From an archaeon (GTDB lineage: Archaea; Iainarchaeota; Iainarchaeia; Iainarchaeales; JAAZKV01): a stretch of DNA of 10,458 bases. Shown piece after piece: positions 7,901 to 10,458 of this stretch (position 1 is its first letter; each line of letters begins with the position of its first letter). The translations under genes were made by a program, and so were the position numbers. Under the pieces are notes generated by a model. That model had not been told where the DNA came from. It made no database searches and saw nothing but the letters and a program-made list of their open reading frames with translations. Where the stretch lies: positions 1 through 10,458 of the forward strand of contig JAVHOV010000020.1 of NCBI GenBank assembly GCA_036170245.1, read 5' to 3'.

Positions 7901-9581
7901 CAGGATGCGTTGCACCATAAATTTCACCAGCAGGACCAAAACTAAATGCAGTAATATCTCCCCAAAAATCAGGTGCATTCATACCACCCAATATTTGAGA
8001 ACCTGTTTGCCCTCCAAAAAGACCCACTAATGGATCTCCTATAAAGTCAGTTACTAATAACCCTGCTGCAAAAGGCGAATTAAATCCAAATAATGCGTGT
8101 GAAAAATCTACTTTTTTCCCATCACACAATTCAACAATATAATCTTGTTTAGGTATTTTATCCCCACAATTATAAATTGTAGGATAACTGAAAAATGATC
8201 TAGTGTCAGTAAGCAAAGATCTTAAAACAAGAATTGACCCAATAGCAGGATTTATCTTGCACCCATCTATCGCATTATTCAGGGTAGTATCAGCATACAA
8301 ATGGTAAATTAAAGTAGATGCTTGATTTCTGAAATTAACAGATCCTTGTTCTTGTTTTATTTGCTGCTCCATTTCTTTTAATTTTTTCCAAAAATTTGAA
8401 TTCATTAATTTTTCCAAATCATTACAATCTTTCTTTTCAGGCCCCCAGTTATTCAAATCTTTTTTAATTGTTTGAATTAATTTATCCAAATTATGCCATG
8501 ACCGAACTTTTGTTATTTGCCCAATATATTGGCAGTTATTTCCAATGCAAGTTTTTTTTGCCATTCCTTCTTCTACCCAAGTTCCTTTTTCTTCACTAAA
8601 GTACCATAAAGGCATTTCAGTTGGAGCAGAAGTATTTTGTTTTGGATCTAAAGGAAAAGTCACTGTCGCACTTTTACCATTCTTAAAATCCAAATTATTT
8701 CCATTCTCATCTTGCGCAATTATTTTTGCAAATCCATACGATTCAAGTCCCGTAACATTGCCGTCTTTTAAAAGACCTTCAAGTTCTCCTGGGAAATATT
8801 GCATGTCTCCAGGAGTATTCGGATTAAATGCAGTAACAGAAACACTAGGATTAACTGGAACTTTATTAGTCCCCATAACAACTAAGTCATTTGCATTTAC
8901 ATCTAACTTCACTCCTTTGTCTTCAACTTTTGTAGTTTTATTAAAATCAAGTTTTACAAATTCACTCATTGTAGCAAATACAATGTCAAGATTTTGTCCT
9001 TCACAAGAAATATTTTTGTGAACAGGGACAAATCCTTTTTTTGTAAAAGACAAAGTCAATTCTTTTGAACACCTAATAGTTGCAAAGTATTCGTTTCCAT
9101 TAATACTGAAATTTTTCAAAACTGCATTTGTTGTAATATTCAAATCGCTAAAATTTGTATCATCACCAAAAAGTAATCCGCTGACAGCATAATCTTTTTT
9201 CATAAAATCCCAATCAGTAGTACTGATAATATTCAAAAAAAGGGAACCAACTACAAAAACAAAAACTAAAACAAAAAGCAAACTAACCAAAGTTGTCCCA
9301 ATATCAGCAAGAATATTTTTTAGTTCCTTTTTTCCTTTTATTAATTCCAAATCATTTTCATCAAAGCCAAATTTTACTATTACTCTTCTTAACACATCGT
9401 CTTTTTCATTAGCATTCAGTAAGCCAAGAATTTCTTTACTCACTTCAAAAAAAAGATTAATTTCCTTTACTTCACTAGGTGTGGCACTAGGCACAAGCAT
9501 CATCAGTTCTAGCTTTGTTTTTCCTTCACGTGCGCATTTTGCGGCAATTGCTTTGTAATTATTGTCCACTAAAATAACCAA
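4926..9581 (-). CDS. Large mosaic type II membrane / cell-surface protein (1551 aa)
   Basis: TTG start (GTG 9569 is an alternative) and TAA stop. A ~90-aa cytoplasmic N-terminus precedes one TM (TTLVSLLFVLVFVFVVGSLFLNII, ~9225-9296). Then come a carboxypeptidase-regulatory-like domain (LTLSFTKKGFVPVHKNI), the CILP/FAM171-like motif LESYG...MPLWYFSEEKGTWVEEG, a DFSH..GD..DFWGD helical domain, YD-like hairpins, LAxxxxDxxxCxxI repeats, three CGN Cys-rich repeats with Pro-rich linkers, and a ~300-aa unknown C-terminal domain with no TM. N-glycosylation sequons are frequent. Confidence 0.95.
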   Translation of the reverse strand: MVILVDNNYKAIAAKCAREGKTKLELMMLVPSATPSEVKEINLFFEVSKEILGLLNANEKDDVLRRVIVKFGFDENDLELIKGKKELKNILADIGTTLVSLLFVLVFVFVVGSLFLNIISTTDWDFMKKDYAVSGLLFGDDTNFSDLNITTNAVLKNFSINGNEYFATIRCSKELTLSFTKKGFVPVHKNISCEGQNLDIVFATMSEFVKLDFNKTTKVEDKGVKLDVNANDLVVMGTNKVPVNPSVSVTAFNPNTPGDMQYFPGELEGLLKDGNVTGLESYGFAKIIAQDENGNNLDFKNGKSATVTFPLDPKQNTSAPTEMPLWYFSEEKGTWVEEGMAKKTCIGNNCQYIGQITKVRSWHNLDKLIQTIKKDLNNWGPEKKDCNDLEKLMNSNFWKKLKEMEQQIKQEQGSVNFRNQASTLIYHLYADTTLNNAIDGCKINPAIGSILVLRSLLTDTRSFFSYPTIYNCGDKIPKQDYIVELCDGKKVDFSHALFGFNSPFAAGLLVTDFIGDPLVGLFGGQTGSQILGGMNAPDFWGDITAFSFGPAGEIYGATHPEGSSLTDFFTWFFSNSGSSTQTSNEYYGLGGIYGPFFTFSGGAAGFSLVGEVNSIDGGLFVQLIDNVYLSTTKSFTSSFSSPKVITFTPFAYLSNNKLVLVTSTGEVNLNQPVPKNGFSLNYPYGTEFYKKVGKEFLLDKIVLLDFDYNRDDLDKFDLNSSNVIYYFYENNNLSKIKFGKFEKLFIYDGEEIVKIIYSSENENVLSYNFNYFENKLSSISVYDSNKALILTKLNWSKNELEINSINNNLLINVDDGGKVTKFNNIGFDYNLNGVYVTSFGDNLIRKSNEFAFLVKGQSITKIPVAFENIGKPVSFTYSNQISSTAVGDPKIVFAINKVPSSVASASTVPSNGATFGGYALENCSFWSGYPIDLADCVIGWDKINGLTSNEALNYVSTLGLSSKDTGIIYTKLADYFVDLNFCHNILNKDYYSGLACIKLVDDGKVIYSNQNISNILNKRMDDYSLSFSLRNLAEYYMDRNYCLPIPTESQREACLAKFPKPIVIPIVVPLCGNGKIDEKEKCDGNNFNGLSCATFGFDSGKLFCVNCQLNKSGCFNAFVPPIDFNKPVEPTSVCGNGKIEGNEDCDASNFDGATCIDFGFASGNLKCVDCRVDTNSCVSTPATPTQTCGNNIIEGTEQCEGSNLNGKNCATYGFNSGTLSCSNCQIINRNCVNVKAPPVEIDPLQIFNCPYNENYSSPVKDEVSQSFYIKKIQNGEVWVFRIPFKKSSCNADTLLTEDENGNIIPCITQLGDNDGCILDKARLLPITASSDTYITNGKYNNVYKQNPVDFASDDGNIFFLIKSGGKHEYIKFVAPNYDSKEIIPIYDENDYALRNVPSVFRSVPSGNVFWVVLAGALHDVYVASDPSCGNVPGCFNNPNTTTAYGGTGDADMGTTSYVTAYGWGKVFIAKSISSGDEFTRINNMVPCYESCRYTPFGGGYTGTAYLTEMSFIPTQMTYKGDGFGNLLVRSNTDLNEYSTDSNDVMLPSATR
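5889..6371 (-). repeat. Three 44-aa, 6-Cys repeats resembling Myxococcus cysteine-rich / DUF4215-like repeats
   Basis: 6240-6371 CGNGKIDEKEKCDGNNFNGLSCATFGFDSGKLFCVNCQLNKSGC; 6051-6182 CGNGKIEGNEDCDASNFDGATCIDFGFASGNLKCVDCRVDTNSC; 5889-6020 CGNNIIEGTEQCEGSNLNGKNCATYGFNSGTLSCSNCQIINRNC. Each is 132 nt with identical Cys spacing. Confidence 0.9.
7050..7470 (-). repeat. Degenerate YD/RHS-like beta-hairpin repeats
   Basis: Recurrent units FDYNRDDLDKF, YFYENNNLSKI, FIYDGEEIVKI, FNYFENKLSSI, NVDDGGKVTKF and FDYNLNGVYV, mostly about 20 aa apart. Confidence 0.5.
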
Positions 9582-9599
9582 ACTAAATAAGTCTAGAGG

Positions 9600-9619
9600 A
9601 TATTTAATACTAATTAGTA
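9600..9619 (-). promoter_or_regulatory. Putative TATA box (TATTAAATA) of the 1551-aa gene, overlapping a 12-bp palindrome
   Basis: Minus-strand TATTAAATA at 9601-9609 lies 20-28 nt upstream of TTG 9581, which fits a leaderless or short-leader mRNA. The perfect palindrome TACTAATTAGTA at 9608-9619 sits in the BRE position. Confidence 0.35.
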
Positions 9620-9664
9620 AGGCTAAATTAACAAAGCAAAAAAATTATTTTATCAAAATAAATA

Positions 9665-10294
9665 TTATTTTCGCATTGCCCAATAAAACCAAGCAACGTA
9701 AAATACGGTAATATAGACGAACAAAACTACTTTGAACAAAATATCATGAGCAAATTCCACTACCTGTAAATTTTGCGTTAATACAATGTGAATTGTTACA
9801 AGTATTCTTAACACATTGAATATTATCCCAACAATTATAGCTAGAATTATTCCAATTATTTTTGCTTTTCTTTTTATTCCAAAGCTTGCAAGTATTGCAC
9901 TAATTAAAATAATTATTTCTAAAACCCCTGTGCAAAGCCATGCGATAAAAATTGTTTTGTCATTCACACTAAAAGCGTAACATGTTCCAACAACCCCGTC
10001 AGAGAGCCAGGAAAACTCGTCACAAGGCAAAACTCCTAAAGAGGTAGTCTTTATTCCTTCAAAATTCAAAACAGATTCAACTGTATTTGCTGTTATTTGT
10101 TTGTAAATTATTTGGGGAACTAATCCTAAGATAAGTGAAAGTATCAAATAAAATAAAATGAACCCTGCTAAGAAATAAATCAATTGTCTTTTTTCATCAG
10201 AACGTATTTTTTTGTTTTCATTCTCAAAATAATCTTTTATTTTTGAAACTAAATCTTTTTTTGAATCATTTTTAAATGTTTTTTCTTTTTTCAA
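9665..10294 (-). CDS. Exosortase/archaeosortase family protein (membrane cysteine transpeptidase), 209 aa
   Basis: Family signature motifs occur in the right order and TM context: IFIAWLCTG (catalytic Cys), FNVLRI (Arg) and FAHDIL (His). There are 4-5 predicted TM helices and a TTG start preceded by SD-like AAGGGA. The subfamily cannot be assigned by eye. Confidence 0.9.
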   Translation of the reverse strand: MKKEKTFKNDSKKDLVSKIKDYFENENKKIRSDEKRQLIYFLAGFILFYLILSLILGLVPQIIYKQITANTVESVLNFEGIKTTSLGVLPCDEFSWLSDGVVGTCYAFSVNDKTIFIAWLCTGVLEIIILISAILASFGIKRKAKIIGIILAIIVGIIFNVLRILVTIHIVLTQNLQVVEFAHDILFKVVLFVYITVFYVAWFYWAMRK

Positions 10295-10344
10295 ATCAAA
10301 TCCCTTTTTAAAATTTCAATTTACAATAAACTCTAATATCTTTT

Positions 10345-10399
10345 AATATAATAAAGCATTACTTTTCTTCTTTTTCTTCATAAAAACAAGTTTTTATAT
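10345..10399. promoter_or_regulatory. AT-rich promoter region with TATA-like boxes on both strands
   Basis: The minus strand has AATGC-TTTATTATA (~10347-10360) upstream of the archaeosortase. The inverted repeat ATAAAAAC-AA-GTTTTTAT (10380-10397) gives A-rich + TTTTTAT elements in both directions. Confidence 0.35.
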
Positions 10400-10458
10400 C
10401 ACTTAATCCCTAATTTGAACAATCAGAAGTTATTTGGATAGAGTTTGATATTTATGAA

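Noticed and set aside
8545..9021. 158-aa plus-strand ORF
   Set aside because: Antisense to a well-supported domain of the 1551-aa gene; its Ser/Phe/Pro-rich composition is typical of shadow frames.
1..10458. Alternative genetic code (TGA or TAG reassignment)
   Set aside because: All three long ORFs are open under code 11, Trp is encoded by TGG and the two complete genes end in TAA; nothing requires reassignment.

Overview
AT-rich window with three co-oriented minus-strand genes, most likely from a DPANN-type archaeon (inferred from BRE/TATA-like promoters, TTG/GTG starts, an archaeosortase-family gene and sequon-rich surface proteins; Iainarchaeota/Diapherotrites is a tentative guess). In transcription order: (1) a 209-aa exosortase/archaeosortase-family membrane protein with an intact Cys-Arg-His triad (9665-10294); (2) a 1551-aa N-terminally anchored mosaic surface protein (4926-9581) with a carboxypeptidase-regulatory-like domain, a CILP/FAM171-like domain, a helical DxxH..GD..DxxGD domain, degenerate YD-like repeats, helical Cys repeats, three 44-aa CGN-type Cys-rich repeats and an unknown C-terminal domain; (3) a giant surface protein of about 1,597 aa or more that is missing from the ORF track (4793 to beyond position 1; hand-translated, no stops), with an N-terminal TM, tandem beta-sandwich repeats and a Tyr/Gln/Asn-rich insert. 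The main oddity is an archaeosortase next to giant surface proteins that are anchored at the N-terminus, where the one complete neighbour lacks the C-terminal sorting signal these enzymes normally process. No RNA genes, CRISPR array or mobile element were seen. Domain calls come from motif recognition only; no searches were run.
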